A stretch of DNA of 64,000 nt from Patescibacteria group bacterium (GCA_018823885.1 JAHJHG010000006.1:10752-74751); one strand, 5' to 3'; shown: positions 40,087 to 49,613, counted from the stretch's first letter. Numbers and translations are program-made. The notes: generated by a model not told the origin, from the letters alone.

Positions 40087-40208
40087 ATCCGAGGAAGGTG
40101 TCTGTACACTACTGCCCAAAAGGCACCTTCCTGCTCTACCCATTATTCTCCCGTTTTAATTTTTTTTAGATACTTCATGAACCTATAATTTGTAATTTTT
40201 ATCATTTG

Positions 40209-40217
40209 TGCTATAAT
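40209..40217 (+). promoter_or_regulatory. Extended -10 promoter element (TGCTATAAT) upstream of the 695-aa gene
   Basis: The element TGnTATAAT sits in an AT-rich 300-bp intergenic region. Confidence 0.3.
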
Positions 40218-40455
40218 TCTTCAAGAAATTTCCTACTCGCTTATTGTAAATGTAGTATGGAAAAATTCTAATTAAATTTTGTTCTTTAACAACAAGATAA
40301 TACCTTTTTGCGCTTCTTGCGCAAAAAAATGTAAATTGTCAAAAAACTCATAACAAAAGGAGGAAAAGCATGACAAAAGGATAGCCGCGTCTTCTGTCCT
40401 ATGGGGCTACTTCCCCAAATAGACGTAATCGTTTTTCAAAAAAGGAGAAAGTACG

Positions 40456-42543
40456 ATGAAGAAACTTTTTGTTATCGCATTGACACTGTTACTATTGTTA
40501 GTAGCAGCGGTCGCCGTATCAGCGGCCACTCCCCTCCCAGTATGTCCAGAAAGTGGAGGCGGCTGGACCAGGGTTAATAACGGAAATTGGACTGAAGTCA
40601 CGGGCGCGACTAACTACTGCTTTAAGTTCGGGAATGGTGCAGCGCCTGGAGCCGGACCATCATGCGCACCAGAACCTGCGCTCTACGGCTCGAGCTACCC
40701 GGGAGCAACACCCGCAAGTCGGTGTCCCCTAAATCACTGGGCATACTTTGTTCCCCCGGAACCTCAGTGTGGACCGAACGAGTGGTCAACTGAAGAGGGG
40801 TGTATACCCAAAACCGACATCTGTCATGCAACCGGTAGTTGGATTCACCCATTCCAACTGATCTCCCCTTCCAATATCGGCATTCTCATGGGGCATGTTG
40901 GTCCAGGCCATCAAAGTGGTGAGGACATCATCCCGCCGATCCCCTTCTATCTGCCAGCAGGTCAAAATTGGAATACGGTTGGGCAGGCTATCTTCAACAA
41001 CGGATGTGAATTGCCTGAGCCTCATGACTACGAGCTTGTGTTTGACTATCGTAACGAATGCGATGGTAATAATTACTATCGCATCATGCTGACGGATTTT
41101 GGTCAGTATGTCACCACTCTCTATCACAGTGGTTACTTCGTATGGTCTGAGCCGTTCTTGCTCGAAAACAAAACGTTTGGACCGTTTGATCTTGGCGAGT
41201 TTGGGACATTCCCTGCTGTAACGCTGGATGAACCCTTGGATTGCCAAGTCGAACATGAACTTGCGTTCGTGTATACGAATAAGTGCGTCGGTTGGTCCTA
41301 TGGGTATGTACTCGATGGCGTCGAAACAATCATCGCCTCTGGTGAATGGGTTGATCCATATGGTGAGCCGGAAAAGATCTTTGTAAGTTTTGAGGTCTTC
41401 CTACCCGCAGGTGAGATTGCAAATCGCAGTCCCATCTTCGGCCCGTGGTACCTTGTGGAACCAGCCGATTGCCAGATCTTCCGCACGTACAAGGCTCATC
41501 AAGCATATCTTGCGGATAGTTGCGAGGGAATCCATCGAGTGATCAACTTGTACGAAGGCCCAGCCAGTGATCCGTATGATGTATTGGTTGGCACTCTCTA
41601 CAACGAGACGGTTCTGTTCTCGGATCCTTTCAATCTCGAGACCATTCCGGCCGTCACCGTTGATGTCCCGGCAGCGTATGGCCCAGACTACACCTTCGCC
41701 GCTATGGACGAACCATCAACCTGTTACAGCACCTGTGATCTGACCACTCCGGTGGTACAAGATCCTGTTTGGAACCCGTGGTCACCATGGGTATACAATC
41801 CTATCAGCGGTCTTGAGGAAAGTTTCCACACAGGAACACAGACAACCTTATTCATGGACAGTGTCGATGAAGGGTATGTCTGTGGCTCATCGGTTGAAGA
41901 GTTATTCGAATCTCGAACACGGGAAGTGGATTACTCGCTAACCGTCGTTGGTTCCGGAGACTGCTTCAACTGGGAGTACGTCCCTGCTTTCACCAAGGGT
42001 GGTGAAATGACCGTCGTTGGCGATCTGACAGGCGAATGGCTGGACATCTATGGGCCTGAAACCGCTCCAGTACCAACCGTCACTGTTGTATGGCCAAGCG
42101 GCTATGCTCTGACAGTTACACCTGAAGCCGTTGTCAAAGATGTTGGCTGTATTCAATGCCGAATCACGCCTTACTACCCACAAGCGTCATACCATGACGC
42201 AGCTGCTCCTGGCGTTTACTGGCAAGGTCCATTCGGTCTAGGAGCTGGTGTGTGTAGCGTTATTCATCCTGAAGGCCAAGTACCTTCAGCTGAGCGCGTA
42301 ACCACGATCTGCTCCCTCTGCCCCGATGTGTTTGAAGGTGGTTATATCTATCAGGTTAACCACATGTTCTATGACGGCTGGGTCTACAAGGTCCAGTGCT
42401 ACGGTCAAGAACCTCACTACACGTACATGGGGTACAACTGGGACGCATACGTCAGAATTGGCGAATACACCACAGAAGGTGAACGCCTCTCCTGCCGCGT
42501 TCAAGGTTGTGCGGACTGGATTCACGAAAACATGGTGGAATAG
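40456..42543 (+). CDS. Secreted cysteine/aromatic-rich hypothetical protein (long paralog)
   Basis: The 695-aa ORF has a signal peptide (MKKLFVIALTLLLLLVAAVAVSAA), many Cys, Trp, Tyr and Pro residues, and a C-terminal module (CSLCPDVFEGGYIYQVNHMFYDGWVYKVQCYG...) related to the 201-aa protein. The GC content is higher than in flanking genes. Confidence 0.55.
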   Translation: MKKLFVIALTLLLLLVAAVAVSAATPLPVCPESGGGWTRVNNGNWTEVTGATNYCFKFGNGAAPGAGPSCAPEPALYGSSYPGATPASRCPLNHWAYFVPPEPQCGPNEWSTEEGCIPKTDICHATGSWIHPFQLISPSNIGILMGHVGPGHQSGEDIIPPIPFYLPAGQNWNTVGQAIFNNGCELPEPHDYELVFDYRNECDGNNYYRIMLTDFGQYVTTLYHSGYFVWSEPFLLENKTFGPFDLGEFGTFPAVTLDEPLDCQVEHELAFVYTNKCVGWSYGYVLDGVETIIASGEWVDPYGEPEKIFVSFEVFLPAGEIANRSPIFGPWYLVEPADCQIFRTYKAHQAYLADSCEGIHRVINLYEGPASDPYDVLVGTLYNETVLFSDPFNLETIPAVTVDVPAAYGPDYTFAAMDEPSTCYSTCDLTTPVVQDPVWNPWSPWVYNPISGLEESFHTGTQTTLFMDSVDEGYVCGSSVEELFESRTREVDYSLTVVGSGDCFNWEYVPAFTKGGEMTVVGDLTGEWLDIYGPETAPVPTVTVVWPSGYALTVTPEAVVKDVGCIQCRITPYYPQASYHDAAAPGVYWQGPFGLGAGVCSVIHPEGQVPSAERVTTICSLCPDVFEGGYIYQVNHMFYDGWVYKVQCYGQEPHYTYMGYNWDAYVRIGEYTTEGERLSCRVQGCADWIHENMVE

Positions 42544-42567
42544 CTCTGAGATAGCTTAGCCATGTGT

Positions 42568-42609
42568 GAGGTGTCACTCAACTATGTACAACCGAGTGGC
42601 ACCTCATTT
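42568..42609 (+). terminator. Hairpin terminator candidate after the 695-aa gene
   Basis: A 12-bp stem (GAGGTGTCACTC / GAGTGGCACCTC, one G.U pair) is followed by ATTTCC. Confidence 0.35.
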
Positions 42610-42753
42610 CCAAATTACGACAATTACATTCAAAATCAATACAACAAATTATATTTATCGCAAATATGAATATTTGTTTTTTGGTTTTACGGTATTATCT
42701 TGTTTCGCGTCTACTGAATATCAGTACTGAAGAGTCTTCCAAAAGGCAAGACG

Positions 42754-42790
42754 AAACGCAAAAACCCGCTTTAAAAAAGCGGGTTTCTTT
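42754..42790. terminator. Bidirectional rho-independent terminator (AAAAACCCGCTTTAAAAAAGCGGGTTTCTTTGTTTT)
   Basis: A perfect 8-bp GC-rich stem is flanked by an A-tract and a T-tract. It is located about 120 nt beyond the 16S 3' end on the minus strand and about 210 nt beyond the 695-aa gene on the plus strand. Confidence 0.6.
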
Positions 42791-42910
42791 GTTTTAACAA
42801 TCAAAATACGACTAGAAGCGGGTTCGGTTTTTTTACAGTTTAACCGTGACCTAAAAGCTGGGTGTATACCTACCCTCAGATAAATCTGAAAGCAGTCGTG
42901 ATACTCCTTA

Positions 42911-44372
42911 GAAAGGAGGTGATCCATCCGCTCCTTCCAGAACGGATACCTTGTTACGACTTAATTCTTGTCGCTGGTCTCACCTTCCCCCGATTCAATC
43001 GAGGTTCGGGTGCTTCCAACTTCACTAACTTGACGGGCGGTGTGTACAAGACCTGAGAACGTATTCACCGCGGCTTGGCTGATCCGCGATTACTACCAAT
43101 TCCACGTTCATGAGGGCGAATTGCAGCCCTCAATCCCCACTGAGAAGCCGTTTGATGGGATTAGCTCCGTGTTACCACTTGGCAACCCATTGTCGGCTCC
43201 ATTGTAGCATGTGTGTAGCCCTGGACATAAGGGCCATGCTGACTTAACGTCGTCCCCGCCTTCCTCCCGAGAATGACTCGGGCAGTCCCGTATGAATATT
43301 CAACATACGGCGAGGGTTGCGCTCGTTACCCCACTGAAGGGAACACCTCACGACACGAGCTGACGATAGCCATGCAGCACCTGTTCTAGTACCTTCGAAA
43401 GAGTCACCATTTCTGGTGATGTGCAACTAGTATGTCAAGTCCAGGTAAGGTTCTTCGGTTCGTCTCGAATTAAACCACATGCTCCACTGGTTGTGCAGGT
43501 CCCCGTCAATTCCTTTGAGTTTTAGTCTTGCGACCGTACTCCCCAGGCGGCTCGCTTAACGCGTTAGCTTGCGAGACGGAAAAATAAATTCCCCATCCCT
43601 AGCGAGCATCGTTTACGGCTAGGACTACAGCGGTCTCTAATCGCTTTCGCTACCCTAGCTTTCGTTCCTCAGCGTCAAGAAATGCCTAGTTACCCGCCTT
43701 CGCCCTTGGTGTTCTTGTCGATATCAACGGATTTCACCCCTACACCGACAATTCCAGTAACCCCGACATTCTTCAATTCTGGTAGTATTATGCCCCTTCC
43801 CGAGGTTAAGCCCCGGTCTTTGAAACATAACTTACCAAAAAGCCTACGAACTCTTTACGCCCAATAAATCCGGACAACGCTTGCACCCTACGTATTACCG
43901 CAGCTGCTGGCACGTAGTTAGCGGGTGCTTATTCTCCAGTCGGTCTCCCTTCTGGCAAAAGAGGTTTACAACCCTAAGGCCTTCATCCCTCACGCGGCGT
44001 CGCGGCGTCAGACTTTCGTCCATTGCGCACGATTCCCGGTTGCTGCCACCCGTAGGTGTAAGGCCCGTGTCTCAGTGCCTTTCTGGGGGAACACGCTCTC
44101 ACGCCCCCTACCCGTCGTAGCCTTGGTAGGCTATTACCCTACCAACAAGCTGATGGGCCGCAGGCTCCTCCCTCGGCGGGCAGTTACGCCCTTTCATCCT
44201 TGGATCTTATGCGGTATTAACTACTCTTTCGAGTAGGTATTCCACACCAAGGGGTAGATTCCTACGTGTTACTCAGCCGTTCGCGACTTACTATCCGAAG
44301 ATAGCTCGTTCCACTTGCATGCCTAAGGCACGCCGCCAGCGTTCGTCCTGGGCCAGGATCAAACCCTCAAAT
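42911..44372 (-). rRNA. 16S ribosomal RNA
   Basis: The 3' end reads ...GGATCACCTCCTTTC (complement at 42911-42924) and the 5' end reads GAGGGTTTGATCCTGGCCCAGGACGAACGCTGGCGGCGTGCC. The internal conserved blocks (GTGCCAGCAGCTGCGGTAATAC, etc.) are present. Confidence 0.9.
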
Positions 44373-44477
44373 AGTGACGAGTTTTGAACCTAAACATGCA
44401 TAAGCACGAATAAGTATTCGTCTTACGCTTCCAGTCATATTTTGATTGTCAAAGTGCGCACATTTTTGAGACTAAAA

Positions 44478-44530
44478 AACCGCCCAGATGGACGGCTTCA
44501 CAAGGCTTTTTAAGCCATCTGGTATTTCGT
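44478..44530 (-). terminator. Rho-independent terminator on the minus strand upstream of the 16S promoter region
   Basis: On the minus strand the sequence reads CCAGATGG-CTTAAAAAGCCTTGTGAAGCCGTC-CATCTGGG followed by CGGTTTTTT. Confidence 0.45.
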
Positions 44531-44613
44531 CTTACATCATGTGCATCGTTATTATAACACACGATTCAATGGGGTCAACGAGAAGTAAATAATTGTTTTT
44601 GCAGCCCTCCAAC

Positions 44614-44690
44614 CCTACTTCTTTTCCATCACTTTGGTCATCATAAACTCGAGAAGATCGCTCCTAGAGATTAAATAGACACTATATTTT
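44614..44690 (-). repeat. Orphan copy of the 3' end (last 24 codons plus stop) of the HTH gene at 45106..45291
   Basis: The copy is about 80% identical over about 75 bp to 45108-45183. Its reading frame is conserved (...KYSVYLISRSDLLEFMMTKVMEKK* against ...KYGVYLVSRSDLLEFMMSKVMEER*), but it is preceded by a stop only 10 codons upstream. Confidence 0.6.
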
Positions 44691-44730
44691 ATTCAGCAAT
44701 AACGAAGTTGACTTGTCCTATTTTCTTTCA

Positions 44731-45045
44731 TTAAACCTCCCTTAACTCCATCCCCTCTTTATGAAGCCACTCGGCAAGAAAATCTGATACTTTAGTTCCG
44801 GAAATACCTTTCTTGGTATAAATTTGTATTACAGAAGGATTTTGTCCAGAAATTATCTGGGCATTTCTTTCAAAATTTCCTAAACCCTCTCTTAATCTTT
44901 CGGGAAGATTGTCCGTAAACTCAATAACACATCTATCACTGTCAACTGGAACTATTACTAAATCGATTTCTCCTTCTATTAACAGCTGAGGAACATCTTT
45001 CCAAGGTACATTCGTAGAATATCTTATTCCTTCTTTTTCAATCAT
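44731..45045 (-). CDS. Hypothetical protein, located between the duplicated HTH-gene 3' ends
   Basis: No motif was recognised in this 104-aa ORF. Confidence 0.4.
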   Translation of the reverse strand: MIEKEGIRYSTNVPWKDVPQLLIEGEIDLVIVPVDSDRCVIEFTDNLPERLREGLGNFERNAQIISGQNPSVIQIYTKKGISGTKVSDFLAEWLHKEGMELREV

Positions 45046-45105
45046 ATAATAATCGTGTAATTACTTTCCTGCAAGATAAACTAGACAAAATTAAAGGCTT
45101 TCAAT

Positions 45106-45291
45106 TCACCTTTCTTCCATCACTTTAGACATCATGAATTCGAGGAGATCACTCCTGGAGACTAAATAGACGCCGTATTTACCGGCCAGTTTTGTTGCAC
45201 GAAGTTTTTTCTCTCTAATCCAACGCCTAATCGTATCAGGGTGTTTTTTGAGATATTTGGCAGTTTGTTTAACTGTCAGATAATCCTTCAC
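45106..45291 (-). CDS. Excisionase/MerR-like helix-turn-helix DNA-binding protein
   Basis: The 61-aa ORF reads LTVKQTAKYLKKHPDTIRRWIREKKLRATKL, which is typical of excisionase-family HTH_17 domains. Confidence 0.6.
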   Translation of the reverse strand: MKDYLTVKQTAKYLKKHPDTIRRWIREKKLRATKLAGKYGVYLVSRSDLLEFMMSKVMEER

Positions 45292-45325
45292 AATACCTTA
45301 GTATATCATAATGTATCAGTGGTAC

Positions 45326-45943
45326 CTAGGGAGCACAATTAGGCCAAATAGAAGCATGGCCTATTGAATAAGCATAGGCAGCCGTTTGAACTGCCTCTTC
45401 GGCATTAAGACGCAAATCAATATCAGTATCCTCCCCCATTAATAGTCTGTATTTAATCCATGTATTGGGAGAGAACTGAAAAAGACCAGCATAATTGAGT
45501 TTTATCGCCAAAGGATTAAACCCAGATTCACAAACAGCCAGATGTCTCAAAACATTAGGGTCAACACCATATTGACCAGCAAATCTTTCAATAAATCCAT
45601 GAATTTCCTCAGAACTGAAAACAGGTTGCTGAATTGGTGTAGGACTAGGTGAAGGTGTTGAAGTGGGCTTTGGTGTTTGAGTTGGTTCGGAAGTTGGTGA
45701 AGGCGTAGGGCTAGGTGTCATCACTAAAGAAGAATCATGAGTTAAACTACCATCTCCGGCAACATAATATTCTGAAAGAACCTCACCTTTTAAAAAAAAA
45801 TCCTCCCCAAAAAAACTCATACCAAAATACCCAAGCAAGAAACCCATCAAAAGAGGGGCAACAAGAAATATTTTCCTGAACATATTAACGCCCCTCATTA
45901 AACCACAATGTAAATAGATTAGAAAGCGAGCAGAGTGTTTCAA
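45326..45943 (-). CDS. Secreted lytic transglycosylase (SLT domain) with Pro/Thr/Ser-rich linker
   Basis: The 205-aa ORF has an N-terminal TM/signal segment and a PTPSPTSEPTQTPKPTSTPSPSPTP linker. Its SLT signature reads LAVCESGFNP...YAGLFQFSPNTW (catalytic E-S and GLxQ-like motif). Confidence 0.6.
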   Translation of the reverse strand: MKHSARFLIYLHCGLMRGVNMFRKIFLVAPLLMGFLLGYFGMSFFGEDFFLKGEVLSEYYVAGDGSLTHDSSLVMTPSPTPSPTSEPTQTPKPTSTPSPSPTPIQQPVFSSEEIHGFIERFAGQYGVDPNVLRHLAVCESGFNPLAIKLNYAGLFQFSPNTWIKYRLLMGEDTDIDLRLNAEEAVQTAAYAYSIGHASIWPNCAP

Positions 45944-46253
45944 AAAATGATGAGCATGCCGATCTTGGCCTTTTTGCTCCTATAACTAGATGTTGTACCT
46001 GCAGTTATAATCCGAAAAAATCATTCATACGGGTCTGAGCCCTATCTATCCCTAGAAGTGTTCCAAACTAAAACTAAGCGCAATAAATAGAATACTATAG
46101 AAGTGGTCGACCGCGTTCTTTTATTATGTGTGAATCATAAATATCAACACAATACGATTAAGCTTTGGATAATTCATATATACAACATTGAAATAGGTTT
46201 TGATATCAAGAAATATTTAGACATCTCTAAATACACCCCAATTTACAAGTAAA

Positions 46254-48611
46254 TTATTTCAACCTTAGGGACAACTCTCTCTTAAGAGAATTTAAATTTT
46301 GTAGCGTCTCTGAAATTTCAAGCGTTCTCCACTTCCATTGTTTGGCCTTATTCAGGTTTTTGTCTGACACAATATTGACAACAGAACACACAGAATACTT
46401 TCTGTCATTAAATCCTATCTTTATATATTCATCTTGATCTTCTTGGTCAAAGTCAAAACCAACTAATATATGTACGCCATTTTTTTCGATAAGGGTATAT
46501 CTATCTTTAAAATCATAATGTTCCTCAATAAAGTGATAAAATGGAGCAAGCTTCGGATCGAGGTCCCACATAATTCCTCCAACGTTCTCTTCCATCGAGT
46601 GTGCACTAGAGTCAGAATTTTCTTCAACCACTTTTGTTGTAATCTCAAAAAACACTTTGTTTCTCAAATTATATAAAATGTCCTCAATTCTCTCTGAATA
46701 ATTTTGTACCTGACTTTTCCTTTCGGCTCGAGGTTTTTCCTTCTTAATTTTGTTTGCCAAAGCTAAATACATAGTATGCTCATCTACATATTCTTTAAAT
46801 GAACTAAGCCCAGAAGAATCAATCTGGGATTTTGTCTTATCAAGTTTCTCAAACCAATCCAAAAATCCTTCTTCATATTTTGTTTTTAAAGTCTTTAATC
46901 TCACGCTCTCAAGGTCGGGAAAACTAAATTTATCCTTTAAAGAATAAATACACACACTTGTTTCAAGTTCTTTGCCGTCTTTATCTGTGGCTTTCCGTTT
47001 TTCCTCTTTAGAATCAATTATTCCGTACATTTCATTCCTTTCAGCCCTCAATAGAAAATCCTCAATTGCACCTGCAAAATCTTGTCTTGATGCCTCATCA
47101 AGATCATCCAATCTTAATCTTTTTTGTATATCTTTTGGCAATATGCCCAAGAAATCGTCTTCTTTTATCTCGATTGATTTGTTACTTTGTAAAATTCCGC
47201 ACACCTCACGCATAACCAAATATAATTTTTCATTGGTCTCGTATTCTCCTGGGTATAATTTTTCATCGTAAGATGCATTTAAAAACACCTGTAGGGCGGC
47301 ACAGGTCTCCCAGTCCTCTGGTATATTGCCCTTGGATAATCCCTCAGCAGAATACACTTTTACCGAAGGTGTTTCATCCTTGTTAAAATTAATGAAATTC
47401 TCTATCAGATTATGTGTGTCAAAAATGTGGTTTTTAGCTTGCCAACTAACAAAAGATATAAATTTACTAAAAGACTTTGCATACTCCTCCGCAATATGGC
47501 CTTTTACGTAACTCATTACAATATCTTTAATGTCTGCATAATACATTGGCGAAAGAAACAGTCTGTCTGTGAACAAAGTGTACACATTTGAATACGGGTC
47601 GGTTTTCCGTTTGTTTTCTAAAATATGAAAAAAGTCATCGCTTCCCACAAATACAAAGATTGAGTTTGATAAAGTAAACAAATTTTTTAGCGACTTAACA
47701 ACTTTGTAAATTGTATGGGTGGCAACAGCATCCTCATTTAATTCTTCTGCGCTATCAAGTTTGTCCAATTCATCTATCACAAAAACAACTTTGTAGTCCT
47801 TGTTCAGCTCCACAAGCACTTGATTTAAACCAAACTCAATTGTATCGGATGACAAGTCGTATTTCGCGATACCTGTTTTTCCAGTTTTTTTATCTATTCC
47901 TGATTCTTCTCCTTCAACCGATCCATTTGTGAATGTAAAATTCAAATTAACGTTTAACAGAATCAAAATAAAGGCAGCTCCAATCAAAAACAAGATAATC
48001 ATTACCCAAGGATTAGGATTTGGGTAAAATCTAGTCAACATGTCCGCAAGCAGCCAAAAGCCAAAACCACCACTCAACCATTTCAAAAATAACTTCACCG
48101 ATGATCCTATGTCCCACTTGATGATGGTTTCCTGTGTTTCTTTTTCTTCGTGATATGAAGATTGTTTTTTAACTAACTCACTTATATTTTTATCTTTGAA
48201 CTCAGAATAATAACTTTTTTGATATAAACCTTCCAATATATCTTTTGTGTTTGACTTAACGCCTTTCCACTTGCTTTTATTTAGTGTCAAATACAAAGAT
48301 CGAGTAAGAGAATTTAATACTTTTTTCCTAATACTACCCCCTTTGGCAATACTTGCTAGTGTGGCCTCAAGAACAATTAATGACTTTTTGTTTTTTGAGT
48401 GTTTTATCTGTCTTAGAACCTCTTTCACGAATGACGTTTTGCCAATTCCCCTGGCTCCTCCAATCAATACACATGCGGCCTTACGATTTAAAATAACGTT
48501 TTTGAATTTTTGTATCAATTCGTCCCGACCTTTAAAAACGCTTTTGTCACTATCTACATCAATAGGGTCCCGATAATTTGTTCTTATATCAAACTTAAGT
48601 ATTGTTGCCAT
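46254..48611 (-). CDS. KAP-family P-loop NTPase (Walker A and B split by inserted transmembrane helices)
   Basis: The 785-aa ORF has a Walker A motif (IGGARGIGKTSF) near residue 50. TM helices (GFWLLADMLTRF...VMIILFLIGAAFILILLNVNL) lie around residues 190-235, and a Walker B motif (VVFVIDELDKLD) near residue 290. A large C-terminal domain follows. This is the KAP NTPase topology. Confidence 0.65.
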   Translation of the reverse strand: MATILKFDIRTNYRDPIDVDSDKSVFKGRDELIQKFKNVILNRKAACVLIGGARGIGKTSFVKEVLRQIKHSKNKKSLIVLEATLASIAKGGSIRKKVLNSLTRSLYLTLNKSKWKGVKSNTKDILEGLYQKSYYSEFKDKNISELVKKQSSYHEEKETQETIIKWDIGSSVKLFLKWLSGGFGFWLLADMLTRFYPNPNPWVMIILFLIGAAFILILLNVNLNFTFTNGSVEGEESGIDKKTGKTGIAKYDLSSDTIEFGLNQVLVELNKDYKVVFVIDELDKLDSAEELNEDAVATHTIYKVVKSLKNLFTLSNSIFVFVGSDDFFHILENKRKTDPYSNVYTLFTDRLFLSPMYYADIKDIVMSYVKGHIAEEYAKSFSKFISFVSWQAKNHIFDTHNLIENFINFNKDETPSVKVYSAEGLSKGNIPEDWETCAALQVFLNASYDEKLYPGEYETNEKLYLVMREVCGILQSNKSIEIKEDDFLGILPKDIQKRLRLDDLDEASRQDFAGAIEDFLLRAERNEMYGIIDSKEEKRKATDKDGKELETSVCIYSLKDKFSFPDLESVRLKTLKTKYEEGFLDWFEKLDKTKSQIDSSGLSSFKEYVDEHTMYLALANKIKKEKPRAERKSQVQNYSERIEDILYNLRNKVFFEITTKVVEENSDSSAHSMEENVGGIMWDLDPKLAPFYHFIEEHYDFKDRYTLIEKNGVHILVGFDFDQEDQDEYIKIGFNDRKYSVCSVVNIVSDKNLNKAKQWKWRTLEISETLQNLNSLKRELSLRLK

Positions 48612-48755
48612 AAAAAACCTGCCTTCAGGCAGGTCAACTGATTCGATTGTATATCCCTTTTCCTACAGAAACAAGCGGAGCGCTCTATACAACTGTTTTT
48701 AAATTTAACTGTTAGGCAGCTTTTGGAACTATACCCAAGAATCCTGCCTATCCTG

Positions 48756-48826
48756 CTGCGGGACAGGGATTTGAACCCCAATTTCCGCTTCCAAAGAGCG
48801 GCGTGCTACCATTACACCATCCCGCA
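48756..48826 (-). tRNA. tRNA-Gln (anticodon TTG)
   Basis: The reverse complement reads TGCGGGATGGTGTAATGGTAGCACGCCGCTCTTTGGAAGCGGAAATTGGGGTTCAAATCCCTGTCCCGCAg. It has a U1-A72 pair, a G73 discriminator and the anticodon loop CTTTGGA. Confidence 0.75.
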
Positions 48827-48835
48827 AGGAAAATG

Positions 48836-48907
48836 TGAGCCCGGAAGGATTCGAACCTTCGACCATCAGCTTAAAAGGCTGTTGCTCTGCCACTGAGCTA
48901 CGGGCCC
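48836..48907 (-). tRNA. tRNA-Lys (anticodon TTT)
   Basis: The reverse complement reads GGGCCCGTAGCTCAGTGGCAGAGCAACAGCCTTTTAAGCTGATGGTCGAAGGTTCGAATCCTTCCGGGCTCA. The anticodon loop is CTTTTAA. Confidence 0.75.
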
Positions 48908-48923
48908 ATGTGTATTTTTGTTG

Positions 48924-48996
48924 TGACCCCACAGGGACTCGAACCCTGGTTCCAGGCCTGAAAAGCCCGTGTCCTAGGCCACTAGACGATGGGGCC
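48924..48996 (-). tRNA. tRNA-Glu (anticodon TTC)
   Basis: The reverse complement reads GGCCCCATCGTCTAGTGGCCTAGGACACGGGCTTTTCAGGCCTGGAACCAGGGTTCGAGTCCCTGTGGGGTCA. The anticodon loop is TTTTCAG. Confidence 0.75.
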
Positions 48997-49061
48997 AAGA
49001 ATACAAAATAATACACTATTCCAATTCAAGGCCATAGTATTTTACCAAATAACCCCATGGA

Positions 49062-49613
49062 ATGCTACAATATGGCCTAGTTATGGTCAAATTAAACGCC
49101 CAGCAATTAAGAAAATCTGAGCCTAATATAAAGGAAGTTGAGAAAATAGAAAGAAATCCAATTTACCTTGTGTTAGATAGAATCATTGATACATACAACA
49201 CAGGCTCTCTTTTTAGACTGGCTGATGCTATTGCTGTTGAAAAAATGTATCTCTGTGGCGAAATGGAATATCCACCATTGTCCCGAATACATAAAGCAGC
49301 TGTAGGAACCGAGAAGTGGGTCCCTTGGGAGAAAAAGAATTCCACACTTGCCGCGGTTAAAGAACTAAAAAAGAAAGGTGTCCAAATAATAGTCGTTGAA
49401 CAAGATAGCCGATCTGTTTCATACAAGAAGATTGAGCCTAACTTGCCCGTTGCCATTGTTGTCGGGAGTGAAACTGGAGGTATTGAAAAAAAAGTGTTAG
49501 ATGAGGCAGATATTATCGTTGAATTACCAATGCTTGGGATAAATAGATCTTTTAATGTCTGGGGGTCAGCGGCCGTTATCTCGTACAAAGTGCTAGAATT
49601 TATTGAGAAATGA
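49062..49613 (+). CDS. SpoU/TrmH-family RNA 2'-O-methyltransferase
   Basis: The 183-aa ORF shows SPOUT-fold motifs: NPIYLVLDRIIDTYNTGSLFRLADAIAV, a glycine-rich segment VAIVVGSETGGI, and the C-terminal knot motif ELPMLGINRSFNVWGSAAV. Confidence 0.7.
   Translation: MLQYGLVMVKLNAQQLRKSEPNIKEVEKIERNPIYLVLDRIIDTYNTGSLFRLADAIAVEKMYLCGEMEYPPLSRIHKAAVGTEKWVPWEKKNSTLAAVKELKKKGVQIIVVEQDSRSVSYKKIEPNLPVAIVVGSETGGIEKKVLDEADIIVELPMLGINRSFNVWGSAAVISYKVLEFIEK

Noticed and set aside
42862-44236. ORFs 42862..43056, 43244..43426, 43682..43867, 43881..44120 and 43925..44236
   Set aside because: They are inside the 16S rRNA gene and are not coding.
48729-49016. ORF 48729..49016 (95 aa, minus)
   Set aside because: It is fully covered by the tRNA-Gln, tRNA-Lys and tRNA-Glu genes.
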